From an uncultured Acidobacteriota bacterium (GTDB lineage Bacteria; Acidobacteriota; Terriglobia; Acidiferrales; UBA7541), in contig CAVVMU010000010.1 in NCBI GenBank assembly GCA_963749435.1, forward strand, positions 570,678-634,677: DNA of 64,000 bases, read 5' to 3'. This document shows, piece after piece, positions 18,114-26,166 of the stretch. Below the pieces are notes generated by a model. It was not told where the DNA came from. It did not search any database and was given only the letters and a program-made list of their open reading frames with translations. Position 1 is the stretch's first letter. Each line of letters starts with the position of its first letter. Made by a program: the position numbers and the translations under genes.

Positions 18114-19454
18114 ATGGCAGCGGTATACCTGATAGTTGGCGTTGGGCTGGTTCTCGGAGTAATGGTCCTCATCCACGAATGGGGACATTTCATCGTCGCG
18201 CGGATGTGTGGCGTGCGCGTGGATGTGTTCTCCATCGGATTTGGTCCGCGTTTGTTTGGTTGGAAGAAGGGGCCGACGGACTATCGAGTGAGCGCGCTGC
18301 CGCTGGGCGGTTACGTGCGCATGGCCGGGCAGGATCTTTCGGAAGTCGATTCAGGAGAGAAACCTCCTACAGGTGCGCCGGATGAACTAATGAGCAAGCC
18401 GCGCTGGCAGAGAGCGCTGATTTCTTTTGCCGGTCCCGCGGTGAACTTGATTTTCCCAATCTTTCTTCTGACGGGGCTTTTCACGTTTGTGGGAATCCCT
18501 TATTCCGCGTATCTCGACTCTCCCGTAAAGATTGCAGCATTGCCTTCGGCCCAAGCGGCCACGAGTCCTTTGAAGGTCGGCGACACAGTCTTGTCTGTGA
18601 ACGGTGTTGCCACACCGAGTTGGGAGCAAGCCTTTCGCACTCTCAAGCTGGCTCCGGCCGGCCAATCGATCAAATTGGAAGTGGAAGAAGGCGGCGCGCG
18701 CCGCACGGTCGAAGTAACTCCTAAGGAAGGAACCGCTGCGGATCGCGTTCTAGGCTACGTACCTATCCGTCCGATTCTTGACCAGGTTGTTCCGGGCACG
18801 CCTGCAGACAAAGCTGGGCTGCGCGAAGGCGACACGATCACCGTGGTGAACGGAAACAAGATCCTATATTGGGAGCAGTTCGTGGAAGCGGTGCAGAGCT
18901 CGAATGGGCAGCCTATCGCGCTCGATGTCGATCGCAAAGGCCAAACCGTTCACACCACAGTGACGCCTAAGAAAGACATCGCGGAATCCGGTGAAAGCGT
19001 CTACCAGATTGGCGTTCTGCGCAGCGACGAGACGGCGTACAAGCGCGTAGCGTTCAGCGAGGGCGTGCGCGTCGCGGGCGCTTCGACGGAAGACACCATC
19101 GTTCGAACCGTGGACGTGGTCGGCAAGCTCCTCAGCGGGCGCGTCTCGATCAAACAGCTTCAGGGCCCCGTGGAAATCTCTCACCAGGCTGGTCAGGCCG
19201 TGCGCAAAGGGCCGCTCAACGTCATCTCCCTGATGGTGTTGATCAGCATCAACCTCGGCATCTTGAATCTCCTGCCGATTCCCATTCTCGATGGCGGAAA
19301 TATTCTGCTGCTGGCCATTGAAGGAATCATGCGGCGCGATTTGAGCCTGAGCTTCAAAGAGCGCTTCGTTCAGGTGGGACTTGTCTTCCTCTTGGTCATC
19401 TTCGCCATCGTTATGTACAATGACATTTTGCGGCGAATCACGAGCCATTCTTAG
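18114..19454 (+). CDS. rseP: RIP metalloprotease RseP (site-2 protease)
   Basis: 446-aa ORF with HEWGHFIVA (HExxH), PDZ-like central region, and NLLPIPILDGG. Confidence 0.92.
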   Translation: MAAVYLIVGVGLVLGVMVLIHEWGHFIVARMCGVRVDVFSIGFGPRLFGWKKGPTDYRVSALPLGGYVRMAGQDLSEVDSGEKPPTGAPDELMSKPRWQRALISFAGPAVNLIFPIFLLTGLFTFVGIPYSAYLDSPVKIAALPSAQAATSPLKVGDTVLSVNGVATPSWEQAFRTLKLAPAGQSIKLEVEEGGARRTVEVTPKEGTAADRVLGYVPIRPILDQVVPGTPADKAGLREGDTITVVNGNKILYWEQFVEAVQSSNGQPIALDVDRKGQTVHTTVTPKKDIAESGESVYQIGVLRSDETAYKRVAFSEGVRVAGASTEDTIVRTVDVVGKLLSGRVSIKQLQGPVEISHQAGQAVRKGPLNVISLMVLISINLGILNLLPIPILDGGNILLLAIEGIMRRDLSLSFKERFVQVGLVFLLVIFAIVMYNDILRRITSHS

Positions 19455-19460
19455 CCCGCA

Positions 19461-19982
19461 GTGCGCCGCGTGCCAGGAGGGCGACAGATGTCTGTATCGC
19501 CAGGCCACCGGGTTTCGACGGGCGAGCGCCTCAATACTTCAGAGACTACTGGAAAACTGCAGCAGGCGATCCGCGAGCGCGGGATTCGTCTGACGCGGCA
19601 GCGGCGCGTCATTCTGGAAGTGATGGACGCCGCCGACCAGCATCTGGACGTGGATCAAATTCTGGAGCGCGCGCGGAAAATTGATTCCGGCGTGCATCTG
19701 GTCACGGTCTACCGCACGATCGATCTTCTTAAGAAACAAGGCCTTATCGACGAGCTCGACCTGCTGCACCTGCGCGGAGACCGTCATTACTATGAGAGCC
19801 ATGGCCCGCGCGACCATATCCACGTCGCCTGTTTGCGGTGCGGCAAGGTCCGGGAGTTTGAAAGCCGCCTCTACGAACAACTGAAACAGCAAATCGCGCG
19901 CGACTTCAAAATGAAAGTCACCATGTCGCGCACGGAAGTGGGCGGTTACTGCGAAGAGTGCCTGGCCAAGATGCCTTCGTAG
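19461..19982 (+). CDS. Fur-family transcriptional regulator
   Basis: LTRQRRVILEVM...HLVTVYRTIDLL winged helix, then HIHVACLRCGKVREF and YCEEC metal-site cysteines. ATG at 19488 is an alternative start. Confidence 0.8.
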   Translation: MRRVPGGRQMSVSPGHRVSTGERLNTSETTGKLQQAIRERGIRLTRQRRVILEVMDAADQHLDVDQILERARKIDSGVHLVTVYRTIDLLKKQGLIDELDLLHLRGDRHYYESHGPRDHIHVACLRCGKVREFESRLYEQLKQQIARDFKMKVTMSRTEVGGYCEECLAKMPS

Positions 19983-20009
19983 TTCCCCCGCTGGCCGGCG
20001 TGGCATTCC

Positions 20010-20236
20010 TTACAGCAGGTTGGCAAATTCTTCGACGCTTATTTTCAGGTCTTGGATGATTCCACGCAATGTTTTCCGCTTCAATTCGCCCTTATGCATC
20101 GGGATCACCACGCGCGCCTTGTCGCTCGCGCGCACATAGATGGCGTGACTCCCGCTTTGGCGCCGGAACACGAACCCTAACTTCTCGGCAACGCGAACAA
20201 GCTCTTCGCCGAAGTCGCAGACAGCTTGGGCGTCAC
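20010..20236 (-). pseudogene. hicA: hicA-type mRNA interferase toxin, frameshifted near the N-terminus
   Basis: The track ORF (20010..20249) carries ELVRVAEKLGFVFRRQSGSHAIYVR...VIPMHKGELKRKTLRGIIQDL (HicA fold). The expected N-terminus VTPKLSATSAK is in another frame, starting at a GTG (20236) that forms a GTGA overlap with the hicB stop. A 1-nt loss around 20201-20210 separates the two parts. Confidence 0.7.
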
Positions 20237-20452
20237 ACGGGAATCTCAATCGGCTTGATCAGGATATCTTCTGTGGGAATGGCAAACCATCCGCCACCAG
20301 GCTCTCGAGGTAGAGTCCGATCGCTTCGCGAATATTCGCGACTCCTTCTTCGACGGTCTCGCTCTGTGTATGGCATCCTGGCAAAGTCGGACAAAAACGT
20401 GGTAGCCGCCTTCCACCTCTTTTTCGAAAATTACGGTGTACGAATGCGCCAT
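20233..20452 (-). pseudogene. hicB: hicB-type antitoxin, one to two frameshifts
   Basis: Hand translation of three frames gives three pieces. Frame 0: MAHSYTVIFEKEVEGGYHVF. After a T5 run (A5 on the plus strand, 20393-20397): CPTLPGCHTQSETVEEGVANIREAIGLYLESLVADGLPFP. A third frame: TEDILIKPIEIPV*. Concatenated, these read as a normal HicB. GGAGG lies 6 nt before the ATG at 20452. Confidence 0.7.
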
Positions 20453-20607
20453 CGCGAGCCTCCGTTCCACATATTCTAGCCGATTCCGGCTTGCTCAGTG
20501 CTACCTTCGTACGGCTGGGCGGGTGGGGAGACCGTTAGCTGCGAAGCAGCGAGAGCGTTCTACTCCAACACGAGTTCGGCGGCATACACAGTCTACCGAG
20601 AGGACCA

Positions 20608-21132
20608 ATGGCAGAGACGTTCGAAGCATACCGAAACCGAGTCCTGAGCTATCTTGGCGATAAGGAGCCCATCGGTGTCCAACAAGCCACCCCATCGCAA
20701 CTCGACCGGCGTCTGCGCGATGTCGCGCCCGAGGAGTTGATCCGGCGTCCTGCACCTGAAAAGTGGTCCATCGCCGAGATCGTAGCGCACTTGGCGGACG
20801 CGGAGCTGGCGATGGGGTGGCGATTGCGAAACATGCTGGCGAATCCGGGCGTGGCCTTAACGTGGTGGGATCAGGCCGTATGGGCGGAGCGCTTGGGTTA
20901 CGCGCAGCAAGAGGCGAGCCTTTCGGCGGGGGTCTTTCGGACGCTGCGCGAGAGCAACCTGCGACTGTTGGAGTCGGTCCCGCGCGCACGGTGGGTGGAG
21001 TGCTATGGGGTCCACGAGGTACGCGGACGGCAAACGGTCGAGGAGTTCGTCCGCTTGGAAGCGGCACACGACTTGAACCATCTTCGGCAGATCGACCGCA
21101 TCTTGGGTGGGCGTATGACCGGGCAGCCGTGA
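20608..21132 (+). CDS. DinB-family (DinB_2) four-helix-bundle protein
   Basis: 174-aa ORF with WSIAEIVAHLADAE... and ...EAAHDLNHLRQI, the His-containing helices typical of the DinB superfamily. Confidence 0.8.
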   Translation: MAETFEAYRNRVLSYLGDKEPIGVQQATPSQLDRRLRDVAPEELIRRPAPEKWSIAEIVAHLADAELAMGWRLRNMLANPGVALTWWDQAVWAERLGYAQQEASLSAGVFRTLRESNLRLLESVPRARWVECYGVHEVRGRQTVEEFVRLEAAHDLNHLRQIDRILGGRMTGQP

Positions 21133-21186
21133 TGGGACGGGTGGCAGCGCCTTTACATCGATAACTGCTTGCCTTTAACAGTGGAA

Positions 21187-21633
21187 TTATTTCGTCAGCT
21201 TGCCTTTTTCATTCTGAGCTGCAAGCCCATATCGTATTGCCGCTTCAAGCGTATCGATGTTTATATCCTTTAGAGCTTTAAACCGAATGCAATATCCAGT
21301 CACGCTCGCCTTGCCTAGTTTTTTTCCATACGTTTTGGCTAAGTACTTCTTATCTTTGAGACCAAGAATATAGACAGAGATTCCGGTTTTGTTTCCGCTC
21401 ACACCAATTTGAAAAAACTCTCTGCTTTTTCCATTGGCATATTTTATTGTGTGAAATCCATATCCAATCGTAGGGTTGGAAACAGTTTGATTTTTGCTGT
21501 CTTTACCATCGAAGAACCATAATTTGCATTCTGGTGACCCTTGAAGTGTGAGCCGATGCAACTCTCGCATGTCACTGCGTTTTGGCTCCGGTTGGCTGGC
21601 AATATACTTCTTGATTTGTTCTTGTACGTTCAT
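21187..21633 (-). CDS. DUF1801 (YdhG-like) domain protein, AT-rich and probably horizontally acquired
   Basis: 148-aa ORF (MNVQEQIKKYIASQPEPKRSDMRELH...GYGFHTIKYANGKSREFFQIGVS...). The nucleotide composition is visibly far more AT-rich than the flanks. Confidence 0.75.
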   Translation of the reverse strand: MNVQEQIKKYIASQPEPKRSDMRELHRLTLQGSPECKLWFFDGKDSKNQTVSNPTIGYGFHTIKYANGKSREFFQIGVSGNKTGISVYILGLKDKKYLAKTYGKKLGKASVTGYCIRFKALKDINIDTLEAAIRYGLAAQNEKGKLTK

Positions 21634-21697
21634 ATGTTCGGCTCCCCAGTTGCGCGCACGAGATTATACGACGTTTAATCCTTTTGAACCGCTGGAG

Positions 21698-21910
21698 TAC
21701 ATGCACCCAAGCTCGGGCTCAGTTGTCATTTCGTCTCAACCAAGACGGAGGAAGGCCTTCTGGCAAGAGCGATTCTATGACTTCAACGTCTACCGTTCGG
21801 GGAAAGGGAAAGAAAAACGGAACTACAGGCACGCCAATCCGGTCATTCGCGGCCTGGTGCAGCCGAGTCTCGGCAATTCTTCCGGCGCGAATTCCTTTCG
21901 TAAGCCTTAA
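21698..21910 (+). pseudogene. C-terminal remnant of an IS200-like / REP-associated tyrosine (Y1) transposase
   Basis: Within ORF 21548..21910, the stretch FWQERFYDFNVYRSGKGKEKRNYRHANPVIRGLV matches the conserved C-terminal block of RAYT/IS200-like transposases (FWQRRFYD...YxHxNPVxxGLV). The catalytic N-terminal part is missing. Confidence 0.5.
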
Positions 21911-22059
21911 TCGCCAGGGCCTGAAACCATCCGCAAAGACCCAGGATACGGGTACCCGGCGGAATACCCGAATTGTTTATCCATCCTATACGTCGGAGTT
22001 TAGCACGTCGGAAACCGGGGACAGGAACGCGGCAAAAAAAATGCAGATTCGCGAACCGG

Positions 22060-22341
22060 AGGACCGGCTGGAACATGGCATGTTTCCATATTTCCAACGA
22101 GACGAATGGGCGGGGCCCGCTGCGCCGGGAAAACGCCACTCCTTGATCGTCCCCTATCGGTTTGAACCGCAACCTGGTTTCCTGCTGCATCGAATGCAAC
22201 ACCCTTAAAGGCGACATGCCCGCCCCGGATTTTCTGCGCATTCTCTATCGTAAAGGCCGGCTCACCCCCGCCGAACTCGACGGCCGACTCGACGCCTTGA
22301 AAGACCTCGCGGCGGGCAGGCTGCGGCCCGCGGGGTTCTAA
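22060..22341 (+). pseudogene. HNH endonuclease remnant, frameshifted
   Basis: Hand translation gives ...GLNRNLVSCCIECNTLKGDMPAPDFLRILYRKGRLTPAELDGRLDALKDLAAGRLRPAGF* (stop 22339-22341). The preceding ...HSLIVP(Y) His-motif part lies in a different frame, and a TGA interrupts the C-terminal frame near 22146. Confidence 0.45.
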
Positions 22342-22618
22342 TGCTGCGGGAACAAGCATCGAGTTGTGGCGTCTAAACTTCATGAACCTCCTACTTGAAG
22401 TGCCCGGAAATTTGCGAGCCCGACGAAGGTTGGTGCTCTCGCTGCTTGTGGCCTTGGCGCTCTGGCCCTTTTTCGATGGCTACGTTTGTTCCATGATGCA
22501 GCCGCCGGAGCCGCCGCGGCACGCACCAACTACGAGTGATGGAACGACGTGGGATTTGCGCAGTAGGTGGCAATAGCGGACGGCAGTCGTCGAGGTTGGT
22601 GACGATCTACGTTGAAGT

Positions 22619-24439
22619 CTAGACCGAGACGCGAGAAGTGCGGGCGCGGCGCAGGCGAGTGAAGAATTTGTTGGCGCTGGCGATGTCTTTGGCGATTTGG
22701 GCGCGGAGTTCCTCAGGGCCGCTGAATTTCTTTTCTTCACGAAGACGCTTCCAGAAGTGGACCTCGATGCGGGCCGGCGTGAATTCGCTTGGCGGCTCGA
22801 GCAAATGAGTTTCCACGCTCAGTCCCGAGCCATTGAAGGTCGGGCGAACGCCGATGTTGGTCACTGAGCGCCGCGTGTGCGACTCGCCATCGAGGCGAGT
22901 GCGGGTGACGTAGACGCCCCGAGCGGGGAGCAATTCCTGATCGGCAGCGAGGTTCAGGGTCGGAAAGGTAAAGCGGCGCCCCGTGCCGGTTCCCGGCACG
23001 ACCTTTCCGCTGAGCACGAACGGGCGGCCGAGCAACCGACCAGCGTGAGCGACATCGCCACTGGAGATCTCGCGCCGAAGAATGGTGCTCGAGACGACTT
23101 CACCTTTGTGGACGACGTGCGGAATGATGACTACGTCGAAACCTCGTTCTGCGCCCAGCAAAAGAAGAATGCGGGCGGTCCCGGTTTGTTTGTGGCCAAA
23201 GCGAAAATTCTCGCCAACAAACACGCAGCGCACCTGGAGATCCCGCACGAGGATCTGGTCGACAAACTCCTGAGGCGAGAGCTTGGCAAGGTCGAGTGTA
23301 AATGGAAGTACCACCGCCGCATCCATCCCGAGTTTTGCGAAAAAGCTTAGGCGCTGTTCGTTGGTCGTGACACGCAGAGGCGCGGTCTCCGGGCGGAGAA
23401 CTTTCTGCGGAAGCGGATCGAACGTCAAAGCGGTTGCGACAGCTTTCAGCTCTCGCGCGCGGACAACGGCCGCGCGCAGGATCGCCCGGTGTCCCAGATG
23501 AATTCCGTCAAAATTGCCGATGGCTACCGTGCTGCCGCAGCGCGAAACCGCATAGCGCTCGGCCCAAGCCCTGGAGGAGCAAAACACACTGAGCGACTCT
23601 CGAGGAACTCCGGTGGAACGTGAGGCTGTATGTGAATCTGTCGATTCGTCCACGTTCACTTCTATTTCGAGGCCATCGTAGGCGAGATGCACGTTGTCAT
23701 AGCCCAGCTGGCGGAGACGCTCATTGGTTTCCGCGTGGGGCAAATCGTGAGCAATGTGCGTGAACCAGGCACGGCGGGGACTTAGTGTTTTGATCAGCGC
23801 CAAAGCTTGATCGACAGTCTGATGCATAGGGTGTGGAATGTCGCGCAGAGCATCAAGGATAAGTTCATCGAGATCGTGCAGAAGAGCCAGCGAGGCATCG
23901 GGGACGGAGCTGAAGTCGGTCAGATAGGCAGCCCGGCCAAAGCGGAAGCCGAGAACTTCCATGTTGCCGTGCAGCAGCGGAACAGGAATAAACTCGATCC
24001 CCAGGAGTTCGAACGCTTTCGTAGCCTCGTGGAGCGTGACGCTCGGAATCGTGCTGAGCTGGGGCTTGCCGTCGAACACATAAGCGAACGCGCGACGGAT
24101 GATCTGAAAAGTCTCCTCGTTGGAGTAAATCGGCAGCGCGGTTTGCTGGCGTAAATTGTAGGGACGAATGTCGTCGAAACCCATGATGTGGTCGGCGTGG
24201 CCATGGGTAAGCAAGACTGCATCCAGACGCTCGATATTGGCGCGCAACGCTTGTTGTCGAAAATCCGGAGTCGTGTCGATAACGACGTTCTGGCCGTTTC
24301 GCGAAAGGAGCAGGGAAGGGCGCAGCCGGTTGTCGTGCGGGTCTGGCGAGGTGCAGACAGAACAGTGGCAAGCGAGCGACGGAACGCCCATGGACGTGCC
24401 AGAGCCGAGTACGGTGATTTTTAGCGGAGCCGGAGGCAT
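22619..24439 (-). CDS. ribF: Fusion ORF: N-terminal MBL-fold metallo-hydrolase (PhnP-like) + C-terminal bifunctional riboflavin kinase/FMN adenylyltransferase
   Basis: Single 606-aa ORF. Residues 1-260 carry ITVLGSGTSMGVP...LLTHGHADH (HxHxDH). From about residue 300 it reads VAIGNFDGIHLGHRAIL...TFDP...VVIIPH..., a full-length RibF. There is no stop between the two halves. Confidence 0.85.
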   Translation of the reverse strand: MPPAPLKITVLGSGTSMGVPSLACHCSVCTSPDPHDNRLRPSLLLSRNGQNVVIDTTPDFRQQALRANIERLDAVLLTHGHADHIMGFDDIRPYNLRQQTALPIYSNEETFQIIRRAFAYVFDGKPQLSTIPSVTLHEATKAFELLGIEFIPVPLLHGNMEVLGFRFGRAAYLTDFSSVPDASLALLHDLDELILDALRDIPHPMHQTVDQALALIKTLSPRRAWFTHIAHDLPHAETNERLRQLGYDNVHLAYDGLEIEVNVDESTDSHTASRSTGVPRESLSVFCSSRAWAERYAVSRCGSTVAIGNFDGIHLGHRAILRAAVVRARELKAVATALTFDPLPQKVLRPETAPLRVTTNEQRLSFFAKLGMDAAVVLPFTLDLAKLSPQEFVDQILVRDLQVRCVFVGENFRFGHKQTGTARILLLLGAERGFDVVIIPHVVHKGEVVSSTILRREISSGDVAHAGRLLGRPFVLSGKVVPGTGTGRRFTFPTLNLAADQELLPARGVYVTRTRLDGESHTRRSVTNIGVRPTFNGSGLSVETHLLEPPSEFTPARIEVHFWKRLREEKKFSGPEELRAQIAKDIASANKFFTRLRRARTSRVSV

Positions 24440-24496
24440 GCTGAGAATATCGATACTCTTGAAAAAGCCAGGTTCAAATTCCCGGGGCGAATACGC

Positions 24497-24973
24497 TTAA
24501 GGCCGCCCCTTGGCTTTTGCGTGCGAGGCCGCCTGGGCCGCAACCGCCTGATTCACTTCCAAATAGGTCATTTTCAATTTGCCGAGCAGATCGAGCAGCA
24601 AAGTGTCTTCTTCCGGCGCCAGGTTGCCCTTGGTTTTTTCGTGCAAAGAATCCAGCATGTCGATCAGCTCATGCGCGGCTTCGGGATCGATCACCGGCTG
24701 CCCAGTGCGCGGGTCCGCATAAGCGCCCAAAACCATGGCCGCGTTGCTGCCAATCATGCGCACGAGATTCTCGAACGCAGGGGAACGCTTGGGGACTTCC
24801 ACGGGAGGCGGCGGAACCACCTGCTTTGGAGCCTCGGCTACGGGGTGCAACCGCTCTTCGCGTTTGGCCTCGCGCTCCTTTTCCTCCATGGCTTCTTTGC
24901 GAAGCTCACCTTCGGCGGTAAAGGGACGGCGGTCGATGACGCGGAATGAATCTTCGTGTTTATGATCGGTCAA
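24497..24973 (-). CDS. DUF1844 domain protein
   Basis: The C-terminal part of track ORF 24497..25267 has FENLVRMIGSNAAMVLG...DPRTGQPVIDPEAAHELIDMLDSLHEKTKGNLAPEEDTLLLDLLGKLKMTYLEV, typical of DUF1844. The likely start is TTG at 24973 (MTDHKHEDSFRVIDRRPFT) with AGGA 8 nt upstream. The upstream extension looks non-coding. Confidence 0.7.
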   Translation of the reverse strand: MTDHKHEDSFRVIDRRPFTAEGELRKEAMEEKEREAKREERLHPVAEAPKQVVPPPPVEVPKRSPAFENLVRMIGSNAAMVLGAYADPRTGQPVIDPEAAHELIDMLDSLHEKTKGNLAPEEDTLLLDLLGKLKMTYLEVNQAVAAQAASHAKAKGRP

Positions 24974-25155
24974 GGGGACAATCCTTAGCAGTATTTGTCC
25001 AGATAAGTTTAGCACGGCTAGGCGTTTAGGGAACTGTTGCAGTTCTGAGCAAGTCCGGCACAGCGGAACTAAATCGGCAAAACGGTGTTTGATAAGGTGA
25101 GCTAAGGTTTGAAAACATAGTTGCATCAAATACAGGAAAGACCAGGAGGAATTGA

Positions 25156-26064
25156 ATGCGACTCTCAAAGCACAAAGCGAAAATCGTATCAACCGTTCTG
25201 GCCGTGGCGTTTGTTCTGAGCATGCTTCCAGGCCGCTCGATGGCGCAGGACCAGGCGCCGCCCTCATTTTCTCCAGACCAACTGGACCATTTGGTTTCGC
25301 GAATCGCGCTGTATCCCGATCCGCTCCTGGCCCAGGTCTTGGCGGCCGCCACTTTTCCGGACCAGATTCCCGACGCCGCGAAGTGGGCCGATCAGCATCA
25401 TTATTTGAGGGGCGCTGAACTCGCCAATGCCATCAATGCGGATCGCCTGCCGTGGGACCCCAGCGTCCAGGCCGTGCTGCCTTTCCCGTCTGTTCTGAGC
25501 ATGATGGCTTCGGATATGAACTGGACTTCGGACATTGGCAACGCATTTCTCGCCGAGCGTCAGGATGTGATGGACGCGGTACAGAGAATGCGGCAAAAGG
25601 CCAGGGACTTTGGCTATTTGCGTAGCAATGGTCAGATTGTTGTAAGCGGTGGACCCTACATCGAGATCGCGCCCGCGAACCCAGCGTTCATTCCGGTGCC
25701 GTACTACGATCCGCTGGTGGTCTATGCCAGGCCGCGGCCAGGCTTCTTCATTGGCGGGGCGATTGGCTTTGGATATGGAGTATCGGTTGGCACCTTCTTT
25801 CGCCCCTGGGGCTGGGGGTACAGCCGCTTCGACTGGCGGGCACACGGCTTTTATGTGAATGACCGGCCGTGGGGGCGCTCCTGGGGAAATCGCGGCGTCT
25901 ATGTGCACGAATATCATGGGGTGCAGCGCTGGGATGCCGGGCGGCGCGCGGAAGGGCATGAATTAGTCGAGCGCAACGAACATGAACGAAATGCGTGGCG
26001 CGAAGGTCGTCCGCGGGAAGAAGAACATGACCATGGCGACCATGGCCACGGACATCGGCCCTAA
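25156..26064 (+). CDS. DUF3300 domain protein, secreted, with His-rich C-terminal tail
   Basis: Signal-peptide-like N-terminus, LDHLVSRIALYPDPLLAQVLAAATFPDQIPDAAKWADQH (the DUF3300 core), and a C-terminus EEEHDHGDHGHGHRP. Confidence 0.8.
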   Translation: MRLSKHKAKIVSTVLAVAFVLSMLPGRSMAQDQAPPSFSPDQLDHLVSRIALYPDPLLAQVLAAATFPDQIPDAAKWADQHHYLRGAELANAINADRLPWDPSVQAVLPFPSVLSMMASDMNWTSDIGNAFLAERQDVMDAVQRMRQKARDFGYLRSNGQIVVSGGPYIEIAPANPAFIPVPYYDPLVVYARPRPGFFIGGAIGFGYGVSVGTFFRPWGWGYSRFDWRAHGFYVNDRPWGRSWGNRGVYVHEYHGVQRWDAGRRAEGHELVERNEHERNAWREGRPREEEHDHGDHGHGHRP

Positions 26065-26098
26065 GAAGCAGCAAGTCCAAATCCGTTGCGGTTCAAAA

Positions 26099-26128
26099 GC
26101 ACCCTGGGAAGACCAGGGTGCTTTTTTT
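26099..26128 (+). terminator. Rho-independent terminator after the DUF3300 gene
   Basis: GCACCCTGG / loop GAAGA / CCAGGGTGC (9-bp perfect stem) followed by T7. An A4 run upstream makes it potentially bidirectional. Confidence 0.75.
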
Positions 26129-26139
26129 GCGGAAATTTA

Positions 26140-26166
26140 TTTTTTTTTTGGGGGGGGGGGGGGGGG
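26140..26166. repeat. Back-to-back homopolymers T10 then G17, abutting the left end of the IS
   Basis: Direct reading: T at 26140-26149 and G at 26150-26166, immediately followed by the IS inverted repeat at 26167. Confidence 0.95.

Noticed and set aside
14953-19982. The uppS-cdsA-dxr-rseP-fur cluster as something unusual
   Set aside because: This gene order is widely conserved in bacteria. Ordinary housekeeping synteny.
22364-22576. 70-aa ORF with one hydrophobic segment next to the HNH remnant
   Set aside because: No recognisable motif or SD, and it lies in decayed DNA. It cannot be distinguished from a chance ORF.
24974-25267. N-terminal 98-residue extension of track ORF 24497..25267
   Set aside because: The extension has junk composition and runs into the divergent DUF3300 gene. 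DUF1844 homologs begin close to the DSFRVIDRR motif, and a TTG with an AGGA is available at 24973.
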